A stretch of DNA of 64,000 nucleotides from Phoronis australis (taxonomy: Eukaryota; Animalia; Phoronida): positions 408,624 to 472,623 of the forward strand of contig NMRA01000109.1 in NCBI GenBank assembly GCA_002633005.1. Direction: 5' to 3'. Made by a program: the position numbers and the translations under genes. Below, piece after piece: positions 1 to 14,522 of this stretch (position 1 is its first letter; each line of letters starts with the position of its first letter). The notes under the pieces are model-generated. The model was not told the origin of the DNA. It did no database searches and saw only the letters and a program-made list of their open reading frames with translations.

Positions 1-354
1 TTGAAGTATAATCTTTCAAATGGCCTGTAACAATTTTTTTTCTCAGACTTACCGTTTTCGAGTTATTTGACTTTGAATTTCTTAAAAAAACGCAAAATTT
101 AATTTTTTTTCGAAAAATTTACGGAATTAGGCGATACCATTAGTTTAGATAGAATTTTGAATGGGATTTCAGAAGATGTTTTCCATTTTTCGCTAGGACG
201 TCTACTTTTCGAGTTATTTGAGATTTTATGATAACGCTGTTCCTTTGTTGAGCGCTCTTGCTGCATTGATGTTGGTTTATCTTCTATTGAACTAGACTGT
301 AGCCTATTTCTTATTGATTTATGACATCTAAGTTCGTCATATGAATGTTGTGAT

Positions 355-592
355 GTTGTTCATCATCGCCACCACCATCATCATATTCGTCATCATCGTC
401 ATCATCTTCGTCATCATCTCCGTCTTTTCCTTAATTTCGCCAAGTGTCGCTCAAGACTAGCCTTTTTCTTACTGATTTCGGACTCCTACGTTCGTCATGT
501 GTATGTTATTATTACTTCTTTTGTTCATCCTCGCCACCATCTTCGTCATATTCGTCATCATCTTTATCGTCATCTTTTTGGTTAATTTCGCC
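355..592. repeat. (TCA/TCG)n low-complexity tract, internally duplicated
   Basis: Two copies of 'cgccacca...tcatattcgtcatcatc...ttaatttcgccaag'; explains the Ser-rich ORF 444-734. Confidence 0.7.
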
Positions 593-2379
593 AAGGTTCG
601 CTCCTCGGAGCGCTTTCATTATATTTAGCTTCCGTTTTCAATTATTAAGACTAGAAAAATATGTTACAAATTCTCAATATCTTATTAAAGTTATAATTTT
701 AAAAATTTGTACAATCCAAGACATGTGCTTATAGTTTACCTGGCCCCGGTCTCCAGTCTCTGTACTCAGACTCGAAGCATACTCCACTTCACACTACATA
801 CTCACCGCACTTCATTGCCGCCAATTTTTAAAGTCCTTCTTACTACGACTCCTGGCAACTGGCAAATGTTAATCTCAGGTCGACGAGTCATTACAAGGGT
901 CAAAGGCAGCTGTGGGGCTGGGATTGCCGTGATTGAATTGCGTGTGCAACGGTTTGTACGATTTCCTATACAAGGAAAGTTAATGAAAAAAATTTGCTTC
1001 CCTGACAGATTTCACAAAATAGTTTAGACATCGATAATTCCTCAATCCACGAATGATATTCCAGATTTTTTTGCCTTTTTTGTGTAGACGTCTCGTTCCG
1101 TTCACTGGTGAACTCTGAATGCCTGCCGCAGCGTTTTTAACTCACGCGCCAAATGTCAGCTAACTTGATACATCCCGGTAAAACGCAAAGATACAGTATC
1201 AAAGTTTTGACATCAGCATAAGCCTTCACGGCAATGGGTTCTATGCAAGAGAGAAAAGGGGTTGGCCAGTAACCAAACAACTGCGGCCCAAATGTCGACT
1301 CGGGAGTTTCGGGCTGACGTGGACAATCGTTTTACTAGAAAAGAACACCACCGCTGGCAATTAAGGTACAAACTTTTGAAATTCGACCTCTCGTCAAAGA
1401 AAATGTGCAATTCGAATTCTCCCGTAAAAATGTTGGTTGCAGGCCTGTGATATAGTATCCGACTCCCGTACCGGGGTCACCGGCCCACCACTGCGTTAAG
1501 AATGAAAAAGATAATTTGAATATGCCGTCAGTCGTCGGTGTGACCATGCCAATTTTAGGAGTAAGGAGTCAAGTGTAGGCCGGGGAGAATGACCACTGAC
1601 TAAATCAGACACTGAGATTTTGGCTGCTCCACTCCGGCCGACTGACTAATTTCTTTGATAAGCTGTTTCAAATTTCTTGAGACATTTTCCGGCGGGAGAT
1701 AAGGAACTCAAGAATTAAAGCTTAATAATTGGCAAATGCATCAAGAAATGGTCGGAAAACATTGTATTGAACAGTTACAGAACACTCAGCATTCCACGTT
1801 ATACTCCTGTAATTGTAGCGAGAGCTAAGGATAACATAGTTGCTAGGGTAGTCGATGCGAATATAGAGAGCGCTGAATCAGCACGACTTTTCGTGGTTTT
1901 ACATTTCACATCATAACTGAAGAGTTCCATAGCAACTCGAATACGATTCTCAGATTTGAGTACGCGTTTGGAGTCTACTCGAAAGGTGACATTAAACACG
2001 CTTTTTCGAGTAGGCGTACAACTCCAGTGAGCACGATTTTTAGTATGAAATATCGAGTATGAGAATGAGCCTGACGGAGATCGCAGACCGGGTCCCGGAG
2101 TAACAGTCGACGGAGCTGTGGTGCGGCAACGTTGACTTTATTCATTTCTAAAACATTTCTATAATAAAATACTGTTGCATGCTTCCTGCACCAGTTATTC
2201 GTTTAATATTAATTTTGGATAAGAATTCAAATAAAATAACTTTATTGACCGCTTCTGTGCTAAACATTCGTTACAACAACACCCTGCAACAGTGTACACA
2301 ATCGGTTGTCAAGCGATAGAGGCATACATTTCACATAAGGCAATTGCGTCGGCAGATTCAAGATGGCGGATTTGCACAT

Positions 2380-2560
2380 TCGCTATTGTATTACATTAAG
2401 CTATTTTTCTAAAAGTTTGATGATCTAACCGGCTAACGACGTCGAGTCGACATTGACCTACCCTTTGAACCTTCACTGTCAGAGGTCACTGTTGAAGTAG
2501 TGCGGGAGGTGAATACGGAAAACATTATTACATGGCCATACGCGTATGGGATAAAAAGTT
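2380..2560 (+). repeat. Dispersed repeat, second copy at about 11690-11880
   Basis: Shared 'aaaagtttgatgatc...ggctaacg...cgacattgac...tgaagtagtgcgggaggtgaatacggaaa'. Confidence 0.8.
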
Positions 2561-3199
2561 TTACATTTGTTAACGTCTAAATATTCGACACCTGGTGGTA
2601 TTAACGAAGGGGCAATGTAAGTGCTGTAGCGTATGTAATGGTCAGTTCAGTGCAGTTAGGTTGCAAGACACAGGTATATTTTCATTTGAACTTTACTTTG
2701 CATTCAAGCTTGACTCACTTCTTCTCAATTTTCAATGACCAACGGTTAAAGGTCGGGAGACGACCCCTTTTTCCTTCTCTCTCCTTTTGTTGACTTAAGC
2801 AAAATTTCAATTTAGTTGGGGACAACAATCACTTTCATTGCCTGGTGCTGGGGCAAAGACACGAAGAGGATTGAGCAAGAGTGAAAGTTATGATGAGTGC
2901 TGAGGTGCCGGGGAACCATTAGGCACTGACAAACGCGATCATGCTCTTACAGCTACGCCTGCATATGTAGAGTAACATACCAGTCCCTAAAATGCACTTT
3001 ATCCGGATTTAGTACATGTATGTAGCTAGAAAACATATGATATTCACCTTTTCACACGCTAGGATGCAGATTATGAAATCATCTTTCGTTTTTTCTAGGA
3101 ATTGTTTAGTTAGTTCATCGGTATTGCGTTCTGATCTCAAAACGGTAGGTATTGTCTGCTCCAGGAGTCACACGGAAGTAATCTTGATTGCATAAACCT

Positions 3200-4240
3200 A
3201 ATTTTGTGGCCATGCAGGTGTCTGATTTGACTCTGTCCATGACTGGGCCATCGTGGAGCTCATTACTCTAGAACTTAGTGTGATTGCCGACGGTCTTGCC
3301 CCTGATATGGCCATGAACAACCACGATCATACGTTGGGATTTGATGCCACTAAGCAAGAAGGCGTGCCCATCAACACCATCGGTTTTAAAACCAAGAATG
3401 AGGGATAACTGTTGATGAATTACCTGGTGCCTCAGCACTGGGCTATGCTAGTTATATATCAGCAAGCTGACGTTTTGCGAAATCTTTGCTGCCTATTGCA
3501 ACTTGTAAGTTGAGGAATTCCAGCGAACAGATGTGGCCAATCCCATTCCCTGAATCGTGCAACAATTGCTTTGGTAAAGGAAGAGTTGAGCTAAACAACA
3601 ACCACCAACCCCTTGACACCATCGCCAGCTCCAGTTAAAAGAGGATGAATCTGTTCAAGGACAAAAGTTTGGGGAGATTGCAAATATAATCTTGGCAATC
3701 AATAATATGTGGTGTAAGGACGGTAAAGACGATCTCAAGGCTTTCGTTAGTTTTCTAGAAAGCCCAGACTTGGGGAAAGGATTCGTCATTAGATAAAGTG
3801 GCAACTGTTACCATGTGCTTGGTTTGAACTGTGTGCCTGGTACTTTGTACAGCATACTGCATTTCGCGAACGACTCTCTTATCATCAGATTCAACATGCA
3901 GTAAACTTCAAGCAGCGGTTCGCTGCGATTGTGCATCAGCTGTTGCTGCCACAAAACGTCATGTCTTGGGTCTGATGTGGAAGGTGTTGTTAGGACCATG
4001 GATGGGAAAATTTTGCCAGTCACCTGAAGATAACGTCACTCGTGTTGATACACTTGAACCAGTGACTGGAGTGATGGAGTGGATGAAAGCAGCTCTGCAA
4101 GACCATATGGCACCCTGAATGCCTCTTGCGATCACGACTTAATCGCAGGTGCACGTTTGTGCTGTTTGTAACAGAAACCCAGTGAGCCTAAGCTGTTTGT
4201 AGCTATGATAGCCAAGTGCCTTACTGCCGGTATAGCTGTG
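3200..4240 (+). pseudogene. Degenerate transposase-like ORF relic, copy 1
   Basis: Frameshifted peptide blocks TLGFDATKQEGVPINTIGFKTKN, VDELPGA and KDGKDDLKAFVSFLE resemble a repetitive transposase-like family of marine invertebrates (recalled, not searched); paralog at 29690-30690. Confidence 0.6.
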
Positions 4241-4661
4241 TTATATTCTCAGAACGGCCCAATTTCTCTTCGATCAATGCCGCCTATTTTGTTGATCTTC
4301 AAGATGCACATGTACATTCCCGTCGGACTAGATTCTTTTACTTACGTGAACATTTTGGGGAGTATTATCTAAGTGACTTCGTCATGCTGAGGCCACGGGT
4401 ACAGTTGTTTTTTCTTCCCGAACGTTATTTCAATTTCATGGTTTTCACATTCGACATACAGAAGTTTCCAAATGATTTCAGATCATGTGCCTCATTCTGA
4501 AGGGAAGAATGAGTCCACTTCGGTTTCGATATAGATTGTTATTATAATACATATGTTGGAGGAGTTACCTTGTACATGTCATTTTAACAAATGTATTTTG
4601 CTATTATTACATATTTGTCAATGCTAAAAACGACAAGTTTTTTCTTTATCTCTGCTTTCAG

Positions 4662-4685
4662 GTCGATGGTCAAGAATTAAACCAT
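4662..4685 (+). CDS. Micro-exon, type A, 24 nt, phase 1-1 (x-RWSRIKP-x)
   Basis: tttatctctgctttcag|GTCGATGGTCAAGAATTAAACCAT|gtgagtatt; cassette paralogous to 36091 and 48454. Confidence 0.8.
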
Positions 4686-5600
4686 GTGAGTATTCTATAA
4701 GTCACTGTTTCTATATAGAAAATTCATATGGAAAGAGATTCATCAAAATAGCCTTGAATAAAAAGTTCAAATTTCAACTTCACTGCGTTTTAGGCACAAC
4801 TAACATGTCCATCTTTACAAGAAATGTTTTTCATTTTCAAGTAAGTCTAGGTTCTTTCTAGTTTTAGTTAGCAATGTTTAATCAGTGTAACTATAAAACT
4901 CTAGTCCTTGAATGACAAAATCAATCTTGTGCCGTGCTCAGTTTGCGCAGCACGTGTGTGGAATTTGTTTGCATTCAGCTCTTTTAATGGATTACATGCC
5001 ACTAAAACTTTTCGGAAATTCAATGTTTTTCAACCACATTTCAAGAAACGTATACATTATATCTTTATCAAAAATGTAACAGTATTTTAAGGCTCAAAAT
5101 TGTATTGTTCAATAACTCTTGGCATGCAGCTTGATAGCCCGTCTTAAGGAATAATTATAGCTGGAGATTAAAAATACCCGACTCCAGACAATTCTCGACA
5201 TCCAATGGGTTGTTGATTATTTTGTCTGAAATCGTTCCTTAAGAATCTCTCTTGAAAAACAACATGAAAATGGACCAATATAATAGGCTTTTTTGGTAAG
5301 TACAAAAATCAACTCAGTCGAGCAGACAGTCTGAAATTCACAGTACTACAGTAACTCTTACGGTTAGTCTTCGGTTCCCTAGCTCTCATAATACATAGGT
5401 TAAGCTCTGAACTTGGCTTTCCAGGGTGGAATTCAGTGGCGGTCTCGCAGCCAATCACCAAGATCATTCAAAACACACGGTGGTATTTTCCAGTCTTGCT
5501 TGCTTAGAGAGGCCCTTATGTTTTTTTTAACTCTACTTTGGGCTAGAGTTCTATGGTGCAACGTACGTGAAGTTTACCATCATGGCTCAATGTCTACTAA

Positions 5601-5720
5601 TGTCAGACTCGAACTCGAACTCAGACTCGCAATCTCTTGACAACTCGACACGAGTACAAACTTGAAATTTGAACTAAAAACTCCAAATTTCGAGTTTGCT
5701 AAGATAGCGTACTTTAAATC
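5601..5720 (+). repeat. ACTCGA-rich repeat end; inverted relative at about 8830-8960
   Basis: tgtcagactcgaactcgaactcagactcg versus reverse complement tgtcggacccgaactcggactcagactcg; interrupts the cassette at 'tcaatgtctact'. Confidence 0.6.
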
Positions 5721-8700
5721 GCACTCGGAAATAAAAATAGCTGAGTTGAGGCAATATATACGAAATAGAGGAAGACAAAGGGGAGCTGCCGTGATGATAA
5801 GACGACCACTTCAAGATCGACAAAACCCTTTATAGAGCCTGAGTAGCTAGGAAGCATTTCGAAAATACAGCTTCCTCCCCAATACTATTATTTTACTCAA
5901 CCTTCACCAATACCACAGCAACACGTGGTTACCTACGCTTCATAAACTCCTCTTCACACAACGATTCCTTGGCTCTCACTACACCCCTGTCGGTGAAACC
6001 CTGAAGGCCGGCAAGCCCTCGGTAGGACGTGCAATCCGGCAAGTTTACTGTGTTCTGATCAAGACCTCCGGGCTATTTTGTATATGTTCCCTACCGACGG
6101 TTGTAAACACATTTGCAGGGCTGGTCCATTCAATATTATTTTACACCAATATGGCCGACAAATAACACTTTCATCATTCACTATGTACATGTAGAAAGCG
6201 AAACATTTTGGTTATAGACTTAAGAGTCGCTACACGTCAGCCACGAAAAACCTATGGTGAATGAGCAGCTCAGTAGTGTGTACCGGCCCTAGGCTGGCTC
6301 TGTTCCCTTAGGCTTGCCTGATCCCTGCTGTGTGATACACTACATTTGCACTCTCTGCTTTTATGAACCTCTACCTGCTCTTACCATTTATTTCACTGTG
6401 TTTTGCTTCCTTCAAATTTAGATCATCTATTGCCTGATGACGAAACATGTGGTATCAAAATATAGCAACTATTTTACTTATTTGTCCGTTATGTCGCTTA
6501 GTTCATGACAAAATTTAGCTTCTTCAGTTCAGCTGCCTGCTGTCCATTATCAAATGTTCAAGTTCAGCTTCGTCTATTTAACCCTTCCTTATTTTGGTTG
6601 TTTTTGGTTTTCTGTAAACTGAAATGAAAATCACACATTATGAATAAGGATCATGTGAAGTTTTGGTTATTTCCTTTTAGAAAAAATTGGTTCAATCAAT
6701 TATCAACTATTTCTATATTGCAGGTCTATGTTAGTATACTTCAGTTATGTAATGACTTTCGAAAACTGCTCTGAGGTGGTGACGTGTTACAACTACTATT
6801 AAAATATCTCTTTTTATCTATAACGACTTATTGCCTATTTACATTGTCACGAAGTTTCGGTCGGTCTATTCTCCGGCCATTGTCAGCTGTTCCTGCGTTC
6901 AAATGGAAGCCAGGACAGGTTATGAATGTTCAGATTTTGACGACAGGCTGTCTCGCTTTTTGCCAAACTTTGGTAGTCTGATATTTGCAAGTTCGCATAG
7001 GTGCAATGTTTTTATATTTTACAAGTGTCAGGCATTGGAACTTAAACGATAACTTGCATTCTGAGCAAAGCATTAGATGAAAGCAGATAATAAGAGAGCT
7101 AGACTAAGTAAACATTAGTTTGTTGCTGTCAAACTGATAACAACGCGTCTGTATCCCGACTGACCGATACTCATTCCACTGCGTGGGTGCGTAACGAAAT
7201 GCTGGATTACTGGGGAGTAGTAATAACGGAAAGGGAGGGAGTGAATATTGTGAAGCATCAAAACGAATTTGTCTGCTGAGCTACCTGGAAGTGGTGCTAA
7301 CGTAAGGGAGTGGGGGCCATTATTGTGAAGTATGACTAGGAATTGGTGAAATGCATTATAATTATGCATACCGAATAGAGTTGGATAAGAAACAAAAATC
7401 AGTCTGACTTAGACAGGCGTTGACATTTTTACATAAATTATTAAACGTAACAGGAAATCAAGCAACAGACATCAATTATTTTATTGCAAGTTGCTTACAT
7501 TTTTGCTTTGAGCTTTGTAGTTTTTTCTCCCACTCGTCAGTCGACCTTTTCGTCGCGAACTGGCTGAAATGAAAGGAATATAATAATTCAAATTTTGGAT
7601 AAATTGAAACTGATATTGTCATTCAAACTATTTAAAATCATGTCCAGTCATGTGCATTTCGCACTGTGCGCACCGAAGCTCACCTACTGATGTAGTTCGA
7701 CACCATGTACCCTCCTACCCTTTTTGATGATGATTTTACCCCACCCACACCTCGGTGGTCACCAAATATTGTGGTTTCCATGCCAATTACTTTTTCTATT
7801 AGAGCATTGTCTTCCCGTTTTGTTCAATGCAATGGACTGACTGGTGGTTGCTCTTACGATTCCCATGCTATAAGACAGTTGAAATCTGTGATTACCATTC
7901 TAATAAGTTGTTATTGTTTCTATTTCTTATGTAAAAGAAACACGACAATTTTTCGGTTCTCAAATGGACATTACATGTATAAATTGAACGTGAACGGACC
8001 ATTTTCCAAGGTTTTGCATTTAAAACCATGGCAACATAGCACATTTTTCCTAACTGGGTTTTTAACATGTTACGTACCCCACGAAATATGTATTTTGCTT
8101 CCTTTGGAATATATCAACTTTGAAATGGATAATCGGACTCATATGAATTTTTAGACAGTTCGATTTCTGCACTTCTCTATACGATGCAATAGGGAATTAT
8201 AAAATGTTTTTTAAGTTTTCGCCAAGTGATGTTATACGAAAGCTTATGCTTTTTATGAATTTAGATGTCTTTTAGGCAAAAGTAGTTTTGCATGATCCAA
8301 ACCGTCAAAGGAATCAGCAATGTATTTTCAAACCTTTCTATGTAGAGAATACATGACATCGGCAGTTCAAACCGTTTACTTGGCTTTTTTATAGAAGTTG
8401 AAAGCGTTTTGAACAGAATATAAGGACGCTAATCGAACGCTAATCAAAATAACAGTGGCTTTTGGGTTTAATATCGTATATTTTCCGTAATTTTTCAACA
8501 AAATGGTTGTCTTTTGCTCAAAGACTGGCAAGGTGTCCGATGCAAAACTGTTGAGGTAAGGTGAACCTACGTTGCTTTCTGTTTATAACTTTTCACGATT
8601 CACTAATACCACACTGACGCACCATACATAGATTATGGATCAGTGTCAACGGTTTCGCTGCTTTTAAAATGAACTGATTGAATACAATACATGTATCACT

Positions 8701-10047
8701 CAAACACATACGTTTCAGCCTGGTGTCTGTGACGTTTCCACTCAAAAGAAGACGATCACGCAGTAGAGGGTGCACATCTTGCATAAAATGATTTTGTATT
8801 TATTAAACAGCACAGGAGAGTTCCTCGATAACTCGAGTCTGATTCCGCGAGAAAAATTCGATTTCGAGTCCACCTGAAAATTAACGATAGGATTGCAGTT
8901 TCGAGTTTGATTCGACTGTGACAACAATTTTCGAGTCTGAGTCCGAGTTCGGGTCCGACATGAGGCACCCGGCCTTGGTGGGATGCTTATTACTATGTCC
9001 ATTTCACTTCAGCCTGCTCTTGGATTTTTTACGAAACTTTTAAACGCTCGTCTAACAAGATGGCCGGGACCAACGATAATGACTTGTTTAACGAAGCTCA
9101 GAGTGGTTGTAGAAAAGGGTATAGTAAAACAGACCAGATTTTTTACCTTACAAGGATTTGTTCATCAGTACTTGAGTAAGCGCAAGGGCAGATTTTACGC
9201 TAAATTCGTGAATAAAACGCAATTCAATCTACAGAACATCAGTGTGGTGGGAACAGTTACTCAATTTTCTCCCTGAGGTTGAAAAAGGAACGATTACACA
9301 TCGTATACAATTGTGAGAAATTTTACAATAGCTACAAACGTAAGGAAACCCAAGTCCCGCAGACATTTCCGTTCTTCTCAGTCAGCGTACACTCTAAATA
9401 CCAACACTTCTGCGCTTTTCTCGAAACTGTTGACAAGTCTAGAACACTTTATCACAGCAACCTTTGCATAATTGCGATAACAGCTTATTATTTAAAATGA
9501 CTTGCTCTTGTTAAAATGACCGGCAAAAAGTAGAATTTAGAGCCTCAAAAGTCAGGCCCATATATCAAACAATGTATAAACCTGAACGAGGCCAAAGTGC
9601 GGGGCACAGCAACCGGGGCGCTGTTTACAAGGAATAGCGAGCTACCTGGCGATTCTAACGATTCTGCGTTTGGAACAAGCTGTCGTGCACGGGCAAGATT
9701 GAGAAAGGAATGACAACGAAGGCCGAGAGGCACACAATGCCTGTTAACTGTGAGGAGAATTTGCGATTTTAATAACCAAATACCCCTAGTATAATACGGT
9801 TGCTTAGTTTTGAATGTGTATAGTAAACGTAAATTCATGTAATGAATTTAGGATAACCGTGGTTAATGATATTGAAAATTTACAGCCGCAGAAAGTAATT
9901 CTGTTTTTGTCTCGTAAAGATGGTTATATTTACGGTCACGTGACTGCACAATAACCCTTTGCGTTATATAGTAAATGCACAGCCTGATCAAAATGTGTGG
10001 TATAGATACATACAAAAGACTAACCGATAGTGGCGTTGATGTATCGT

Positions 10048-10204
10048 TTATCCCACATACATAGGAATACTACTGCGATATCCTATCTCGAATTCACTTC
10101 ATCTGGGAATGCCCCAACTCGACCTTCGGTCTCGTTGAGACATTCCCAGATGAAATGAATTCTCGATAGGGTATGGCAATAGTATTCCTATGTATGTGGG
10201 ATAA
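10048..10204. mobile_element. Palindromic MITE-like hairpin, about 157 bp
   Basis: ttatcccacatacataggaatacta...tagtattcctatgtatgtgggataa with a central gacc-ttcg-gtc; related remnant near 11190-11290. Confidence 0.8.
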
Positions 10205-13200
10205 CCTATTTATCCCATATATTTGGAATTATTTGCATCATCGTGGCAATACCTTGTTGCCGTGTGATCCGGCTTGTTGTTATATGGCGTCATATGTATG
10301 CCAAGTACCCCGGTACAAAAACTGATTAAGCTACAAGACAATCGGTGAAAGTGTTGAATGACAAGTAAAGTTTTATTTCGTAATAAATTCATCGGAATTT
10401 TTAGATTGTGAAATATAGAAGTTAAATAACGGAACCATTAAATTATATCAAAAGTTTGTAGGAAACTTAAAAACAATCCATCCGGGAATATAAAAATTAA
10501 AACATTCCCTGAATTGAGTTGTCTGCAACAGCTTGTTGTCAGCTTCAATGAATTTCTTAATTTTCTTGGTCTGTTTTTGTGTCTTAGCTTCTGGACTGTA
10601 CATGACAATAGAAACATTTCCTTGTGTTGATCACAACATTGGAAAATAACGGTGCTGATTTGCAGAACTTGAGGCAAGCACTATCGCAAAGCAGAAGATT
10701 TAGCCACGGCCGGTGACGGAGAGTTGAACCCTGACAATTGCTTCAGTAAAAAACACATACTCGTTATTAGGTCTTGATTTCCTATAAAGACCTTAGATCC
10801 CAGGGTAGATATACTGTATGCATCCATAACGAAACGTTTTTGTTTTTACATGTATAACCCAGATTGAAACTTCAGCTACGCCCAAATATAGCCGCCTGAT
10901 CAACGTGCATCGGAATTTTCATCGGTAAATCTTTTCTGTTTCTGTTTCTGTTTTTAGAGCAATAAAACTGCTTTTTCAGGAACGATGCCTTGAATTAATG
11001 ATTTAGGTAACCCAAATGATTCAACCCAATAAAATGTGGCGTTGTACTCCACCACCAGACCGCACACCAACCGTGAAATACGGCTTCTACCGTTAAATAC
11101 AGCTTCTACTGTGATATACGGATTGACTCTACTTTCCCGTATATCACGGTTGAATACGTCACATATACAATGGCAATATTTTCACATAAATGGGATAAGA
11201 TGTGATATCCCATTAGACATTATTTTGCGCATCCACTGAAACCGAAGGTCGAGGTTGATACTCGGAACAATGCCGAGTATTTATCCCATACGCTTCGAAT
11301 TCCTAAGTTTCTTTAATTTTCCCCCCAGATTTTTCAAATACTTCACTCAGACTGTTCACGTGGCGGAACAAAACCGGTATATGTGTACTTGCGCGTTAGG
11401 TTGCAAGTTTTCTCTAGTAAAAGAAACAATTTCAAATGTAACTATTACTTGAAAAGAGATAACAAAGACGAAAGCAACGGTAACTGGGTACTGAACTTGT
11501 AACATCTCCGGAAAGTAGTTAAAGAACAATATTTTGTTCTGTTGATACCGAGTAATCGGCGACTGAGTTGGAGACTATATGATATTTACCAATTGAAAAC
11601 TGAGACAGAACAGTTATATAATTAACGGTCCTGTTCCAGGTTTTACGATTGCGACCCGGTTGCATGTTGAGTGTTGATTACAATGCTGCAATTGTTGTAC
11701 TTTAAACTATTTTCGAAAAGTTTGATGATCGAATCGGCTAACGCAGTCGACTCGACATTGACGTACCTTCGGAACTTTCCATGTCAGAGTTCACTGATGA
11801 AGTAGTGCGGGAGGTGAATACGGAAAGCATTACAACATTGCCGTATTGCACTCAACTGATTCAACGCGTATGGAATAAAGGTTATTGAATTACACTGGCA
11901 GTTTCAAATGTTTTATGAGGAACGAGATGGTTTGAAAAAATAGCACACGAGGACGAAACCGGAGAGTGATATTTATGCTGAACGGGTCTAATGAGAACAA
12001 AGTATAGGAGTATATGTCTTCTGCTCTGTCAAAATTGTATTTTTGCATAATTATGTATTTGACAGTGGTTTACTATTGATCATAAGTGTTAAGAGCCAGT
12101 CCAGTCAAAACCATTAAAGTTTCAAAAAGAAGCAGTCTATACGTCAAAATTTGAAACAAGTTCCTTTTCATGAATGGATAGTGTCCCAAAAAAATCTTAT
12201 TGCCACATTAGGTGGACTCAATGAGCCCTAATTTTGCCGCTGTAGCACTAGACCTCATTTGGTCATTATGTTGGCCATCTCCAAAAGTGTCACTATGTTT
12301 TCAGCAACGAAAATAAGTAACTTACAAAACAGAATGAAAGTTGTTCTTTCGCGGCGGAATAACCATTGTATGTTGTAAATAATCAATTGGCAGTAACTCA
12401 AATTGGACGATGTTGTGCTAGACAGGGGAGATGATCCACAGTTACTATTCTTAGCTAACTTTAGTTATCGTTATGTGACAATCTTTCTGCCATATTGCAC
12501 CTAGTAGGTTTATGTAAGTTTTTGAACGTACAGCTAAGGAGTTAATCCTGATGACTGAGGAAAAATATCTTGCCACAGTTTTACATTTAGTGAAAATTGT
12601 CTTGCACAACTGTCTATCTTGGAAGTGATCAGCAGACTTTAGAGAAGTATTGAACGAAATTTCGAAGAAGAATTTTACTTTAAATTGTTATAAAATCAAG
12701 TTTAAGTTATTTCAGATGTAAACAAGTTGTTGTTTTCTGGATTTATTATACGGTCAGTATCAAAACTAAACCCGATAACCTTTGACAAATAGGTTTGGGG
12801 ATATATAGAGAGATTGTACATGTAACTTTTACTTTTCTTCCATCATCAATTTTTTGACAATTTTAGGCCAATTAAATGGAAATAAATCGCTTTGAAGTTT
12901 GAATTTGTAAGAATTGTTATTTTTAAAAACTGGCTTTGAGGTATTCGTGTACAGAATGAACAACAGATGTCGCTTTTGTTCGTTCAGAGAATTTTCATCA
13001 AGTAGGTGTGATCACAAAAGCTTTGTGCTTTTAGTCAGTTTTACTAGAAACACTTCAAAACATCTGACATGCTGGACATATAAGTCGAGGCCAGCGGTAG
13101 AGCATGGGCTAGTACGTTCTAGCCAAGATAGGTAAAGTTGTAACTGAGCAGGACCAGTCGGTGGAGTCAATCACACGTGATGTTCACCAAAGAGAATTTG

Positions 13201-14492
13201 GTCCCGGTTTTCACCCCAACAGAACGTGTGGGTAACGTGAATACTCATGTCCTTCCAGAAAAAAACTGAACGAGCTATTGATTTCAACATTTCACCTTTG
13301 TTATTGGCTCAGTTTGGACAGGCTCCGAATTGGTACCAGCCGGAATTCTACTTGAAGAGTCACAAGATCAGTTGTGTCACAGTTGAAGTTAAATGACCCA
13401 ACTTTGTGTTCCTTGTGGTCGCCATGGACATGTATTATATTTTATATCATAGTTAATCGTAGTTTGTAGTTGAGGTGGCGTAACCTGCACCTCCTTGCCC
13501 CCCCTCCCCCCCTGCCCCCCGTCGACACCTCACTAGGTGGCAACCTCCATCCCCGGTTAGTAGCTGTGCACATTTTTAACCCGTAACTTAACAGATTCCT
13601 TGTGCTCCTCTTGGACGACCCCTGTTTAGCACCCCCCCTCCTTCAGCAACCGCCCGGCGGCATCTGACCCCCTTGGTAAGGCACAGAATCAGACACACGG
13701 TACCTTTGTAATCAAGTCCAGACCGTTGTGTTGAACTGTGTTGACCTAAATGTCTTTCATGAACTGAGTCATAAATAAAGTGGTCTTGCATGAGCTGTTT
13801 TCTCTTGAACTTGAATGTATGCCTGCCTTTTCATATCATTAATGAACGTACTTTCAGAAATATTCAACGCTGGGGTGACCGGCGACCGGTCTGGAGACTG
13901 AAAGTAGCAGCAATCAGTGGGGAATTACGATATGAATGCAGATTTACAATGTGTTTTGACCAAGTTGAAGTATTTTGCACTAAACAGTGGGCCAAACCCC
14001 CTTAGGTGCCTCCGTTCCTAGGCAAATGGCTCTCACAACGAAGATAAAAAACACTAGTAAGGCAGATAAGGCTGATATTCGCGCCCACAATCTCCATATA
14101 AACAAACGGTGACGCCATTTAACATTTAGACGAAGCATGCATGTGTCGAAGTAGTAACTTTTAAGACCACATCAGAGTAGAACGTTCATGTTATTCTAAT
14201 ATTTTCATCGACTGCTTGCCAAATCGTCCGCATACGAGCAAAGATTTGCTTACATTGATATTTGATCGGTTACTTGTTATTATGTAACATTCGCCAAGTA
14301 GCGAATCGGCACATTTCGGGTTCGTAACACAATCTTATTACAATTGCATGTATTTCATACGTGTATGTTTGTGGAATACTAAACAGCGAACTTGTCTGCA
14401 CATAATAACGAAGTAGCCAGTACTCCTAACCCACATGTCATTAACTTAGTGTCTTTACGAGGTTAAAATATTTCTTAATCTTTACTTTACAG

Positions 14493-14522
14493 CTCCAAAT
14501 GTTAAACAACATCCTGACGGGG
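14493..14522 (+). CDS. Micro-exon, 30 nt, phase 1-1 (x-PNVKQHPDG-x)
   Basis: ttcttaatctttactttacag|CTCCAAATGTTAAACAACATCCTGACGGGG|gtgagtatt. Confidence 0.75.

Noticed and set aside
444-734. Ser-rich ORF or Asp-rich antisense peptide
   Set aside because: Low-complexity trinucleotide tract with no splice or domain support
6724-6748. Possible micro-exon after ttctatattgcag
   Set aside because: Good acceptor but only weak donors (gttagt after 6 nt, gtaatg after 25 nt) and no paralog support
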